Assembly: GCA_040954595.2 (NCBI GenBank) | Contig: CM082595.2 | Span: 1,614,635-1,678,634 of the forward strand | Reading direction: 5' to 3' | From: Balanoglossus misakiensis | Taxonomy: Eukaryota > Animalia > Hemichordata | Length of the DNA: 64,000 bases | In this document: piece by piece, positions 25,701 through 39,600 of the stretch | Position numbering within the stretch: position 1 is the stretch's first letter | Layout: each line of letters starts with the position of its first letter | Notes under the pieces: generated by a model | The model's input: the letters and a program-made list of their open reading frames with translations, nothing else | Databases searched by the model: none | Told to the model about the DNA's origin: nothing | Made by a program: the position numbers and the translations under genes

Positions 25701-28687
25701 AAAAAATCACAATTTTCCGACTTTTTTAATTTTCAAAATTTGGCCATTTTTCACAAAAATCATGGGTTATAGCCCATGATTTTCATCAAAAAATCACAAT
25801 TTTCCGACTTTTTTAATTTTCAAAATTTGGCCATTTTTCACAAAAATCATGGGTTATAGCCCATGAAAATCATCAAAAAATCACAATTTTCCGACTTTTT
25901 TAATTTTCAAAATTTGGCCATTTTTCACAAAAATCATGGGTTATAGCCCATGATTTTCATCAAAAAATCACAATTTTCCGACTTTTTTAATTTTCAAAAT
26001 TTGGCCATTTTTCACAAAAATCATGGGTTATAGCCCATGATTTTCATCAAAAAATCACAATTTTCCGACTTTTTTAATTTTCAAAATTTGGCCATTTTTC
26101 ACAAAAATCATGGGTTATAGCCCATGATTTTCATCAAAAAATCACAATTTTCCGACTTTTTTAATTTTCAAAATTTGGCCATTTTTCACAAAAATCATGG
26201 GTTATAGCCCATGATTTTCAACAAAAAATCACAATTTTCCGACTTTTTTAATTTTCAAAATTTGGCCATTTTTCACAAAAATCATGGGTTATAGCCCATG
26301 ATTTTCATCAAAAAATCACAATTTTCCGACTTTTTTAATTTTCAAAATTTGGCCATTTTTCACAAAAATCATGGGTTATAGCCCATGATTTTCATCAAAA
26401 AATCACAATTTTCCGACTTTTTTAATTTTCAAAATTTGGCCATTTTTCACAAAAATCATGGGTTATAGCCCATGATTTTCATCAAAAAATCACAATTTTC
26501 CGACTTTTTTAATTTTCAAAATTTGGCCATTTTTCACAAAAATCATGGGTTATAGCCCATGATTTTCATCAAAAAATCACAATTTTCCGACTTTTTTAAT
26601 TTTCAAAATTTGGCCATTTTTCACAAAAATCATGGGTTATAGCCCATGAAAATCATCAAAAAATCACAATTTTCCGACTTTTTTAATTTTCAAAATTTGG
26701 CCATTTTTCACAAAAATCATGGGTTATAGCCCATGATTTTCATCAAAAAATCACAATTTTCCGACTTTTTTAATTTTCAAAATTTGGCCATTTTTCACAA
26801 AAATCATGGGTTATAGCCCATGATTTTCATCAAAAAATCACAATTTTCCGACTTTTTTAATTTTCAAAATTTGGCCATTTTTCACAAAAATCATGGGTTA
26901 TAGCCCATGATTTTCATCAAAAAATCACAATTTTCCGACTTTTTTTAATTTTCAAAATTTGGCCATTTTTCACAAAAATCATGGGTTATAGCCCATGATT
27001 TTCATCAAAAAATCACAATTTTCCGACTTTTTTAATTTTCAAAATTTGGCCATTTTTCACAAAAATCATGGGTTATAGCCCATGATTTTTATCAAAAAAT
27101 CACAATTTTCCGACTTTTTTAATTTTCAAAATTTGGCCATTTTTCACAAAAATCATGGGTTATAGCCCATGATTTTCATCAAAAAATCACAATTTTCCGA
27201 CTTTTTTAATTTTCAAAATTTGGCCATTTTTCACAAAAATCATGGGTTATAGCCCATGATTTTCATCAAAAAATCACAATTTTCCGACTTTTTTAATTTT
27301 CAAAATTTGGCCATTTTTCACAAAAATCATGGGTTATAGCCCATGAAAATCATCAAAAAATCACAATTTTCCGACTTTTTTAATTTTCAAAATTTGGCCA
27401 TTTTTCACAAAAATCATGGGTTATAGCCCATGATTTTCATCAAAAAATCACAATTTTCCGACTTTTTTAATTTTCAAAATTTGGCCATTTTTCACAAAAA
27501 TCATGGGTTATAGCCCATGATTTTCATCAAAAAATCACAATTTTCCGACTTTTTTAATTTTCAAAATTTGGCCATTTTTCACAAAAATCATGGGTTATAG
27601 CCCATGATTTTCATCAAAAAATCACAATTTTCCGACTTTTTTAATTTTCAAAATTTGGCCATTTTTCACAAAAATCATGGGTTATAGCCCATGATTTTCA
27701 ACAAAAAATCACAATTTTCCGACTTTTTTAATTTTCAAAATTTGGCCATTTTTCACAAAAATCATGGGTTATAGCCCATGATTTTCATCAAAAAATCACA
27801 ATTTTCCGACTTTTTTAATTTTCAAAATTTGGCCATTTTTCACAAAAATCATGGGTTATAGCCCATGATTTTCATCAAAAAATCACAATTTTCCGACTTT
27901 TTTAATTTTCAAAATTTGGCCATTTTTCACAAAAATCATGGGTTATAGCCCATGATTTTCATCAAAAAATCACAATTTTCCGACTTTTTTAATTTTCAAA
28001 GTTTGGCCATTTTTCACAAAAATCATGGGTTATAGCCCATGATTTTCATCAAAAAATCACAATTTTCCGACTTTTTTAATTTTCAAAATTTGGCCATTTT
28101 TCACAAAAATCATGGGTTATAGCCCATGATTTTCATCAAAAAATCACAATTTTCCGACTTTTTTAATTTTCAAAATTTGGCCATTTTTCACAAAAATCAT
28201 GGGTTATAGCCCATGATTTTCATCAAAAAATCACAATTTTCCGACTTTTTTAATTTTCAAAATTTGGCCATTTTTCACAAAAATCATGGGTTATAGCCCA
28301 TGATTTTCATCAAAAAATCACAATTTTCCGACTTTTTTAATTTTCAAAATTTGGCCATTTTTCACAAAAATCATGGGTTATAGCCCATGATTTTCATCAT
28401 AAATCACAATTTTCCGACTTTTTTAATTTTCAAAATTTGGCCATTTTTCACAAAAATCATGGGTTATAGCCCATGATTTTCATCAAAAAATCACAATTTT
28501 CCGACTTTTTTAATTTTCAAAATTTGGCCATTTTTCACAAAAATCATGGGTTATAGCCCATGAAAATCATCAAAAAATCACAATTTTCCGACTTTTTTAA
28601 TTTTCAAAATTTGGCCATTTTTCACAAAAATCATGGGTTATAGCCCATGATTTTCATCAAAAAATCACAATTTTCCGACTTTTTTAA
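22718..28687 (-). repeat. Satellite family B (87 bp), reverse block, with single-unit inversions at 22876-22948 and 23170-23242
   Basis: Reverse complement of catgggctataacccatgatttttgtgaaaaatggccaaattttgaaaattaaaaaagtcggaaaattgtgattttttgatgaaaat. Confidence 0.95.
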
Positions 28688-28700
28688 AATCATCAAAAAA

Positions 28701-29473
28701 TTGTGATTTTTTTATGAAAATCATGGGCTATAACCCATGATTTTTGTGAAAAATGGCCAAATTTTGAAAATTAAAAAAGTCGGAAAATTGTGATTTTTTG
28801 ATGAAAATCATGGGCTATAACCCATGATTTTTGTGAAAAATGGCCAAATTTTGAAAATTAAAAAAGTCGGAAAATTGTGATTTTTTGATGAAAATCATGG
28901 GCTATAACCCATGATTTTTGTGAAAAATGGCCAAATTTTGAAAATTAAAAAAGTCGGAAAATTGTGATTTTTTGATGAAAATCATGGGCTATAACCCATG
29001 ATTTTTGTGAAAAATGGCCAAATTTTGAAAATTAAAAAAGTCGGAAAATTGTGATTTTTTGATGAAAATCATGGGCTATAACCCATGATTTTTGTGAAAA
29101 ATGGCCAAATTTTGAAAATTAAAAAAGTCGGAAAATTGTGATTTTTTGATGAAAATCATGGGCTATAACCCATGATTTTCATCAAAAAATCACAATTTTC
29201 CGACTTTTTTAATTTTCAAAATTTGGCCATTTTTCACAAAAATAACCCATGATTTTTGTGATTTTTTGATGAAAATCATGGGCTATAACCCATGATTTTT
29301 GTGAAAAATGGCCAAATTTTGAAAATTAAAAAAGTCGGAAAATTGTGATTTTTTGATGAAAATCATGGGCTATAACCCATGATTTTTGTGAAAAATGGCC
29401 AAATTTTGAAAATTAAAAAAGTCGGAAAATTGTGATTTTTTGATGAAAATCATGGGCTATAACCCATGATTTT
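28701..29473 (+). repeat. Family B short forward block with an internal single-unit inversion (~29180-29243)
   Basis: Orientation switches read at ~28690, 29179, 29243 and 29473. Confidence 0.9.
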
Positions 29474-31594
29474 CATCAAAAAATCACAATTTTCCGACTT
29501 TTTTAACTTTCAAAATTTGGCCATTTTTCACAAAAATCATGGGTTATAGCCCATGATTTTTATCAAAAAATCACAATTTTCCGACTTTTTTAATTTTCAA
29601 AATTTGGCCATTTTTCACAAAAATCATGGGTTATAGCCCATGATTTTCATCAAAAAATCACAATTTTCCGACTTTTTTAATTTTCAAAATTTGGCCATTT
29701 TTCACAAAAATCATGGGTTATAGCCCATGATTTTCATCAAAAAATCACAATTTTCCGACTTTTTTTAATTTTCAAAATTTGGCCATTTTTCACAAAAATC
29801 ATGGGTTATAGCCCATGATTTTCATCAAAAAATCACAATTTTCCGACTTTTTTAATTTTCAAAATTTGGCCATTTTTCACAAAAATCATGGGTTATAGCC
29901 CATGATTTTTATCAAAAAATCACAATTTTCCGACTTTTTTAATTTTCAAAATTTGGCCATTTTTCACAAAAATCATGGGTTATAGCCCATGATTTTCATC
30001 AAAAAATCACAATTTTCCGACTTTTTTAATTTTCAAAATTTGGCCATTTTTCACAAAAATCATGGGTTATAGCCCATGATTTTCATCAAAAAATCACAAT
30101 TTTCCGACTTTTTTAATTTTCAAAATTTGGCCATTTTTCACAAAAATCATGGGTTATAGCCCATGATTTTCATCAAAAAATCACAATTTTCCGACTTTTT
30201 TAATTTTCAAAATTTGGCCATTTTTCACAAAAATCATGGGTTATAGCCCATGAAAATCATCAAAAAATCACAATTTTCCGACTTTTTTAATTTTCAAAAT
30301 TTGGCCATTTTTCACAAAAATCATGGGTTATAGCCCATGATTTTCATCAAAAAATCACAATTTTCCGACTTTTTTAATTTTCAAAATTTGGCCATTTTTC
30401 ACAAAAATCATGGGTTATAGCCCATGATTTTCATCAAAAAATCACAATTTTCCGACTTTTTTAATTTTCAAAATTTGGCCATTTTTCACAAAAATCATGG
30501 GTTATAGCCCATGATTTTCATCAAAAAATCACAATTTTCCGACTTTTTTAATTTTCAAAATTTGGCCATTTTTCACAAAAATCATGGGTTATAGCCCATG
30601 ATTTTCAACAAAAAATCACAATTTTCCGACTTTTTTAATTTTCAAAATTTGGCCATTTTTCACAAAAATCATGGGTTATAGCCCATGATTTTCATCAAAA
30701 AATCACAATTTTCCGACTTTTTTAATTTTCAAAATTTGGCCATTTTTCACAAAAATCATGGGTTATAGCCCATGATTTTCATCAAAAAATCACAATTTTC
30801 CGACTTTTTTAATTTTCAAAATTTGGCCATTTTTCACAAAAATCATGGGTTATAGCCCATGATTTTCATCAAAAAATCACAATTTTCCGACTTTTTTAAT
30901 TTTCAAAGTTTGGCCATTTTTCACAAAAATCATGGGTTATAGCCCATGATTTTCATCAAAAAATCACAATTTTCCGACTTTTTTAATTTTCAAAATTTGG
31001 CCATTTTTCACAAAAATCATGGGTTATAGCCCATGATTTTCATCAAAAAATCACAATTTTCCGACTTTTTTAATTTTCAAAATTTGGCCATTTTTCACAA
31101 AAATCATGGGTTATAGCCCATGATTTTCATCAAAAAATCACAATTTTCCGACTTTTTTAATTTTCAAAATTTGGCCATTTTTCACAAAAATCATGGGTTA
31201 TAGCCCATGATTTTCATCAAAAAATCACAATTTTCCGACTTTTTTAATTTTCAAAATTTGGCCATTTTTCACAAAAATCATGGGTTATAGCCCATGATTT
31301 TCATCATAAATCACAATTTTCCGACTTTTTTAATTTTCAAAATTTGGCCATTTTTCACAAAAATCATGGGTTATAGCCCATGATTTTCATCAAAAAATCA
31401 CAATTTTCCGACTTTTTTAATTTTCAAAATTTGGCCATTTTTCACAAAAATCATGGGTTATAGCCCATGAAAATCATCAAAAAATCACAATTTTCCGACT
31501 TTTTTAATTTTCAAAATTTGGCCATTTTTCACAAAAATCATGGGTTATAGCCCATGATTTTCATCAAAAAATCACAATTTTCCGACTTTTTTAA
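29474..31594 (-). repeat. Family B second reverse block
   Basis: Shares ordered diagnostic variants with 26.9-28.7 kb. Confidence 0.92.
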
Positions 31595-31606
31595 AATCAT
31601 CAAAAA

Positions 31607-34600
31607 ATTGTGATTTTTTTATGAAAATCATGGGCTATAACCCATGATTTTTGTGAAAAATGGCCAAATTTTGAAAATTAAAAAAGTCGGAAAATTGTGA
31701 TTTTTTGATGAAAATCATGGGCTATAACCCATGATTTTTGTGAAAAATGGCCAAATTTTGAAAATTAAAAAAGTCGGAAAATTGTGATTTTTTGATGAAA
31801 ATCATGGGCTATAACCCATGATTTTTGTGAAAAATGGCCAAATTTTGAAAATTAAAAAAGTCGGAAAATTGTGATTTTTTGATGATTTTCATGGGCTATA
31901 ACCCATGATTTTTGTGAAAAATGGCCAAATTTTGAAAATTAAAAAAGTCGGAAAATTGTGATTTTTTGATGAAAATCATGGGCTATAACCCATGATTTTT
32001 GTGAAAAATGGCCAAATTTTGAAAATTAAAAAAGTCGGAAAATTGTGATTTTTTGATGAAAATCATGGCCTATAACCCATGATTTTTGTGAAAAATGGCC
32101 AAATTTTGAAAATTAAAAAAGTCGGAAAATTGTGATTTTTTGATGAAAATCATGGCCTATAACCCATGATTTTTGTGAAAAATGGCCAAATTTTGAAAAT
32201 TAAAAAAGTCGGAAAATTGTGATTTTTTGATGAAAATCATGGGCTATAACCCATGATTTTTGTGAAAAATGGCCAAATTTTGAAAATTAAAAAAGTCGGA
32301 AAATTGTGATTTTTTGATGAAAATCATGGGCTATAACGCATGATTTTTGTGAAAAATGGCCAAATTTTGAAAATTAAAAAAGTCGGAAAATTGTGATTTT
32401 TTGATGAAAATCATGGGCTATAACCCATGATTTTTGTGAAAAATGGCCAAACTTTGAAAATTAAAAAAGTCGGAAAATTGTGATTTTTTGATGAAAATCA
32501 TGGGCTATAACCCATGATTTTTGTGAAAAATGGCCAAATTTTGAAAATTAAAAAAGTCGGAAAATTGTGATTTTTTGATGAAAATCATGGGCTATAACCC
32601 ATGATTTTTGTGAAAAATGGCCAAATTTTGAAAATTAAAAAAGTCGGAAAATTGTGATTTTTTGATGAAAATCATGGGCTATAACCCATGATTTTTGTGA
32701 AAAATGGCCAAATTTTGAAAATTAAAAAAGTCGGAAAATTGTGATTTTTTGATGAAAATCATGGGCTATAACCCATGATTTTTGTGAAAAATGGCCAAAT
32801 TTTGAAAATTAAAAAAGTCGGAAAATTGTGATTTTTTGATGAAAATCATGGGCTATAACCCATGATTTTTGTGAAAAATGGCCAAATTTTGAAAATTAAA
32901 AAAGTCGGAAAATTGTGATTTTTTGATGAAAATCATGGGCTATAACCCATGATTTTTGTGAAAAATGGCCAAATTTTGAAAATTAAAAAAGTCGGAAAAT
33001 TGTGATTTTTTGATGATTTTCATGGGCTATAACCCATGATTTTTGTGAAAAATGGCCAAATTTTGAAAATTAAAAAAGTCGGAAAATTGTGATTTTTTGA
33101 TGATTTTCATGGGCTATAACCCATGATTTTTGTGAAAAATGGCCAAATTTTGAAAATTAAAAAAGTCGGAAAATTGTGATTTTTTGATGAAAATCATGGG
33201 CTATAACCCATGATTTTTGTGAAAAATGGCCAAATTTTGAAAATTAAAAAAGTCGGAAAATTGTGATTTTTTGATGAAAATCATGGGCTATAACCCATGA
33301 TTTTTGTGAAAAATGGCCAAATTTTGAAAATTAAAAAAGTCGGAAAATTGTGATTTTTTGATGAAAATCATGGGCTATAACCCATGATTTTTGTGAAAAA
33401 TGGCCAAATTTTGAAAATTAAAAAAGTCGGAAAATTGTGATTTTTTGATGAAAATCATGGCCTATAACCCATGATTTTTGTGAAAAATGGCCAAATTTTG
33501 AAAATTAAAAAAGTCGGAAAATTGTGATTTTTTGATGAAAATCATGGGCTATAACCCATGATTTTTGTGAAAAATGGCCAAATTTAGAAAATTAAAAAAG
33601 TCGGAAAATTGTGATTTTTTGATGAGAATCATGGGCTATAACCCATGATTTTTGTGAAAAATGGCCAAATTTTGAAAATTAAAAAAGTCGGAAAATTGTG
33701 ATTTTTTGAAGAAAATCATGGGCTATAACCCATGATTTTTGTGAAAAATGGCCAAATTTTGAAAATTAAAAAAGTCGGAAAATTGTGATTTTTTGATGAT
33801 TTTCATGGGCTATAACCCATGATTTTTGTGAAAAATGGCCAAATTTTGAAAATTAAAAAAGTCGGAAAATTGTGATTTTTTGATGATTTTCATGGGCTAT
33901 AACCCATGATTTTTGTGAAAAATGGCCAAATTTTGAAAATTAAAAAAGTCGGAAAATTGTGATTTTTTGATGAAAATCATGGGCTATAACCCATGATTTT
34001 TGTGAAAAATGGCCAAATTTTGAAAATTAAAAAAGTCGGAAAATTGTGATTTTTTGATGAAAATCATGGGCTATAACCCATGATTTTTGTGAAAAATGGC
34101 CAAATTTTGAAAATTAAAAAAGTCGGAAAATTGTGATTTTTTGATGAAAATCATGGGCTATAACCCATGATTTTTGTGAAAAATGGCCAAATTTTGAAAA
34201 TTAAAAAAGTCGGAAAATTGTGATTTTTTGATGAAAATCATGGCCTATAACCCATGATTTTTGTGAAAAATGGCCAAATTTTGAAAATTAAAAAAGTCGG
34301 AAAATTGTGATTTTTTGATGAAAATCATGGGCTATAACCCATGATTTTTGTGAAAAATGGCCAAATTTAGAAAATTAAAAAAGTCGGAAAATTGTGATTT
34401 TTTGATGAGAATCATGGGCTATAACCCATGATTTTTGTGAAAAATGGCCAAATTTTGAAAATTAAAAAAGTCGGAAAATTGTGATTTTTTGAAGAAAATC
34501 ATGGGCTATAACCCATGATTTTTGTGAAAAATGGCCAAATTTTGAAAATTAAAAAAGTCGGAAAATTGTGATTTTTTGATGAAAATCATGGGCTATAACC

Positions 34601-36684
34601 CATGATTTTTGTGAAAAATGGCCAAATTTTGAAAATTAAAAAAGTCGGAAAATTGTGATTTTTTGATGATTTTCATGGGCTATAACCCATGATTTTTGTG
34701 AAAAATGGCCAAATTTTGAAAATTAAAAAAGTCGGAAAATTGTGATTTTTTGATGATTTTCATGGGCTATAACCCATGATTTTTGTGAAAAATGGCCAAA
34801 TTTTGAAAATTAAAAAAGTCGGAAAATTGTGATTTTTTGATGAAAATCATGGGCTATAACCCATGATTTTTGTGAAAAATGGCCAAATTTTGAAAATTAA
34901 AAAAGTCGGAAAATTGTGATTTTTTGATGAAAATCATGGGCTATAACCCATGATTTTTGTGAAAAATGGCCAAATTTTGAAAATTAAAAAAGTCGGAAAA
35001 TTGTGATTTTTTGATGAAAATCATGGGCTATAACCCATGATTTTTGTGAAAAATGGCCAAATTTTGAAAATTAAAAAAGTCGGAAAATTGTGATTTTTTG
35101 ATGAAAATCATGGCCTATAACCCATGATTTTTGTGAAAAATGGCCAAATTTTGAAAATTAAAAAAGTCGGAAAATTGTGATTTTTTGATGAAAATCATGG
35201 GCTATAACCCATGATTTTTGTGAAAAATGGCCAAATTTAGAAAATTAAAAAAGTCGGAAAATTGTGATTTTTTGATGAGAATCATGGGCTATAACCCATG
35301 ATTTTTGTGAAAAATGGCCAAATTTTGAAAATTAAAAAAGTCGGAAAATTGTGATTTTTTGAAGAAAATCATGGGCTATAACCCATGATTTTTGTGAAAA
35401 ATGGCCAAATTTTGAAAATTAAAAAAGTCGGAAAATTGTGATTTTTTGATGAAAATCATGGGCTATAACCCATGATTTTTGTGAAAAATGGCCAAATTTT
35501 GAAAATTAAAAAAGTCGGAAAATTGTGATTTTTTGATGAAAATCATGGGCTATATATAACCCATGATTTTTGTGAAAAATGGCCAAATTTTGAAAATTAA
35601 AAAAGTCGGAAAATTGTGATTTTTTGATGAAAATCATGGGCTATAACCCATGATTTTTGTGAAAAATGGCCAAATTTTGAAAATTAAAAAAGTCGGAAAA
35701 TTGTGATTTTTTGATGAAAATCATGGGCTATAACCCATGATTTTTGTGAAAAATGGCCAAATTTTGAAAATTAAAAAAGTCGGAAAATTGTGATTTTTTG
35801 AAGAAAATCATGGGCTATAACCCATGATTTTTGTGAAAAATGGCCAAATTTTGAAAATTAAAAAAGTCGGAAAATTGTGATTTTTTGAAGAAAATCATGG
35901 GCTATAACCCATGATTTTTGTGAAAAATGGCCAAATTTTGAAAATTAAAAAAGTCGGAAAATTGTGATTTTTTGATGAAAATCATGGGCTATAACCCATG
36001 ATTTTTGTGAAAAATGGCCAAATTTTGAAAATTAAAAAAGTCGGAAAATTGTGATTTTTTGATGAAAATCATGGGCTATAACCCATGATTTTTGTGAAAA
36101 ATGGCCAAATTTTGAAGATTAAAAAAGTCGGAAAATTGTGTTTTTTTGATGAAAATCATGGGCTATAACCCATGATTTTTGTGAAAAATGGCCAAATTTT
36201 GAAAATTAAAAAAGTCGGAAAATTGTGATTTTTTGATGAAAATCATGGGCTATAACCCATGATTTTTGTGAAAAATGGCCAAATTTTGAAAATTAAAAAA
36301 GTCGGAAAATTGTGATTTTTTGATGAAAATCATGGGCTATAACCCATGATTTTTGTGAAAAATGGCCAAATTTTGAAAATTAAAAAAGTCGGAAAATTGT
36401 GATTTTTTGATGAAAATCATGGGCTATAACCCATGATTTTTGTGAAAAATGGCCAAATTTTGAAAATTAAAAAAGTCGGAAAATTGTGATTTTTTGATGA
36501 AAATCATGGGCTATAACCCATGATTTTTGTGAAAAATGGCCAAATTTTGAAAATTAAAAAAGTCGGAAAATTGTGATTTTTTGATGAAAATCATGGGCTA
36601 TAACCCATGATTTTTGTGAAAAATGGCCAAATTTTGAAAATTAAAAAAGTCGGAAAATTGTGATTTTTTGATGAAAATCATGGG
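31607..36684 (+). repeat. Family B long forward block
   Basis: Tandem 87-bp B units ending at gaaaatcatggg (36684). Confidence 0.95.
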
Positions 36685-39600
36685 TTATAGCTCATGAAAT
36701 CACCCAGAAATGACAATTTTTCGACTTTGCGGATTTTCGAAATTTGGTGATTTTTTGAGAAAAACCATGGGTTATAGCTCATGAAATCACCCAGAAATGA
36801 CAATTTTTCGACTTTGCGGATTTTCGAAATTTGGTGATTTTTTGAGAAAAACCATGGGTTATAGCTCATGAAATCACCCAGAAATGACAATTTTTCGACT
36901 TTGCGGATTTTCGAAATTTGGTGATTTTTTGAGAAAAACCATGGGTTATAGCTCATGAAATCACCCAGAAATGACAATCTTTCGACTTTGCGGATTTTCG
37001 AAATTTGGTGATTTTTTGAGAAAAACCATGGGTTATAGCTCATGAAATCACCCAGAAATGACAATTTTTCGACTTTGCGGATTTTCGAAATTTGGTGATT
37101 TTTTGAGAAAAACCATGGGTTATAGCTCATGAAATCACCCAGAAATGACAATTTTTCGACTTTGCGGATTTTCGAAATTTGGTGATTTTTTGAGAAAAAC
37201 CATGGGTTATAGCTCATGAAAATCACCCAGAAATGACAATTTTTCGACTTTGCGGATTTTCGAAATTTGGTGATTTTTTGAGAACAATCATGGGTTATAG
37301 CTCATGAAATCACCCAGAAATGACAATTTTTCGACTTTGCGGATTTTCGAAATTTGGTGATTTTTTGAGAAAAACCATGGGTTATAGCTCATGAAAATCA
37401 CCCAGAAATGACAATTTTTCGACTTTGCGGATTTTCGAAATTTGGTGATTTTTTGAGAAAAACCATGGGTTATAGCTCATGAAATCACCCAGAAATGACA
37501 ATTTTTCGACTTTGCGGATTTTCGAAATTTGGTGATTTTTTGAGAAAAACCATGGGTTATAGCTCATGAAAATCACCCAGAAATGACAATTTTTCGACTT
37601 TGCGGATTTTCGAAATTTGGTGATTTTTTGAGAAAAACCATGGGTTATAGCTCATGAAAATCACCCAGAAATGACAATTTTTCGACTTTGCGGATTTTCG
37701 AAATTTGGTGATTTTTTGAGAAAAACCATGGGTTATAGCTCATGAAATCACCCAGAAATGACAATTTTTCGACTTTGCGGATTTTCGAAATTTGGTGATT
37801 TTTTGAGAAAAACCATGGGTTATAGCTCATGAAAATCACCCAGAAATGACAATTTTTCGACTTTGCGGATTTTCGAAATTTGGTGATTTTTTGAGAAAAC
37901 CCATGGGTTATAGCTCATGAAATCACCCAGAAATGACAATTTTTCGACTTTGCGGATTTTCGAAATTTGGTGATTTTTTGAGAAAAACCATGGGTTATAG
38001 CTCATGAAATCACCCAGAAATGACAATTTTTCGACTTTGCGGATTTTCGAAATTTGGTGATTTTTTGAGAAAAACCATGGGTTATAGCTCATGAAAATCA
38101 CCCAGAAATGACAATTTTTCGACTTTGCGGATTTTCGAAATTTGGTGATTTTTTGAGAAAAATCATGGGTTATAGCTCATGAAATCACCCAGAAATGACA
38201 ATTTTTCGACTTTGCGGATTTTCGAAATTTGGTGATTTTTTGAGAAAAACCATGGGTTATAGCTCATGAAAATCACCCAGAAATGACAATTTTTCGACTT
38301 TGCGGATTTTCGAAATTTGGTGATTTTTTGAGAAAAACCATGGGTTATAGCTCATGAAATCACCCAGAAATGACAATTTTTCGACTTTGCGGATTTTCGA
38401 AATTTGGTGATTTTTTGAGAAAAACCATGGGTTATAGCTCATGAAAATCACCCAGAAATGCCAATTTTTCAACTTTGCGGATTTTCGAAATTTGGTGATT
38501 TTTTGAGAAAAACCATGGGTTATAGCTCATGAAAATCACCCAGAAATGACAATTTTTCGACTTTGCGGATTTTCGAAATTTGGTGATTTTTTGAGAAAAA
38601 CCATGGGTTATAGCTCATGAAATCACCCAGAAATGACAATTTTTCGACTTTGTGGATTTTCGAAATTTGGTGATTTTTTGAGAAAAACCATGGGTTATAG
38701 CTCACGAAAATCACCCAGAAATGCCAATTTTTCGACTTTGCGGATTTTCGAAATTTGGTGATTTTTTGAGAAAAACCATGGGTTATAGCTCATGAAAATC
38801 ACCCAGAAATGACAATTTTTCGACTTTGCGGATTTTCGAAATTTGGTGATTTTTTGAGAAAAACCATGGGTTATAGCTCATGAAATCACCCAGAAATGAC
38901 AATTTTTCGACTTTGCGGATTTTCCAAATTTGGTGATTTTTTGAGAAAAACCATGGGTTATAGCTCATGAAAATCACCCAGAAATGACAATTTTTCGACT
39001 TTGCGGATTTTCCAAATTTGGTGATTTTTTGAGAAAAACCATGGGTTATATCTCATGAAAATCACCCAGAAATGACAATTTTTCGACTTTGCGGATTTTC
39101 GAAATTTGGTGATTTTTTGAGAAAAACCATGGGTTATAGCTCATGAAATCACCCAGAAATGACAATTTTTCGACTTTGTGGATTTTCGAAATTTGGTGAT
39201 TTTTTGAGAAAAACCATGGGTTATAGCTCATGAAATCACCCAGAAATGACAATTTTTCGACTTTGCGGATTTTCGAAATTTGGTGATTTTTTGAGAAAAA
39301 CCATGGGCTATAGCTCATGAAAATCACCCACAAATGACAATTTTTCGACTTTGCGGATTTTCGAAATTTGGTGATTTTTTGAGAAAAACCATGGGTTATA
39401 GCTCATGAAATCACCCAGAAATGACAATTTTTCGACTTTGTGGATTTTCGAAATTTGGTGATTTTTTGAGAAAAACCATGGGTTATAGCTCATGAAATCA
39501 CCCAGAAATGACAATTTTTCGACTTTGCGGATTTTCGAAATTTGGTGATTTTTTGATAAAAACCATGGGTTATAGCTCATGAAAATCACCCAGAAATGCC

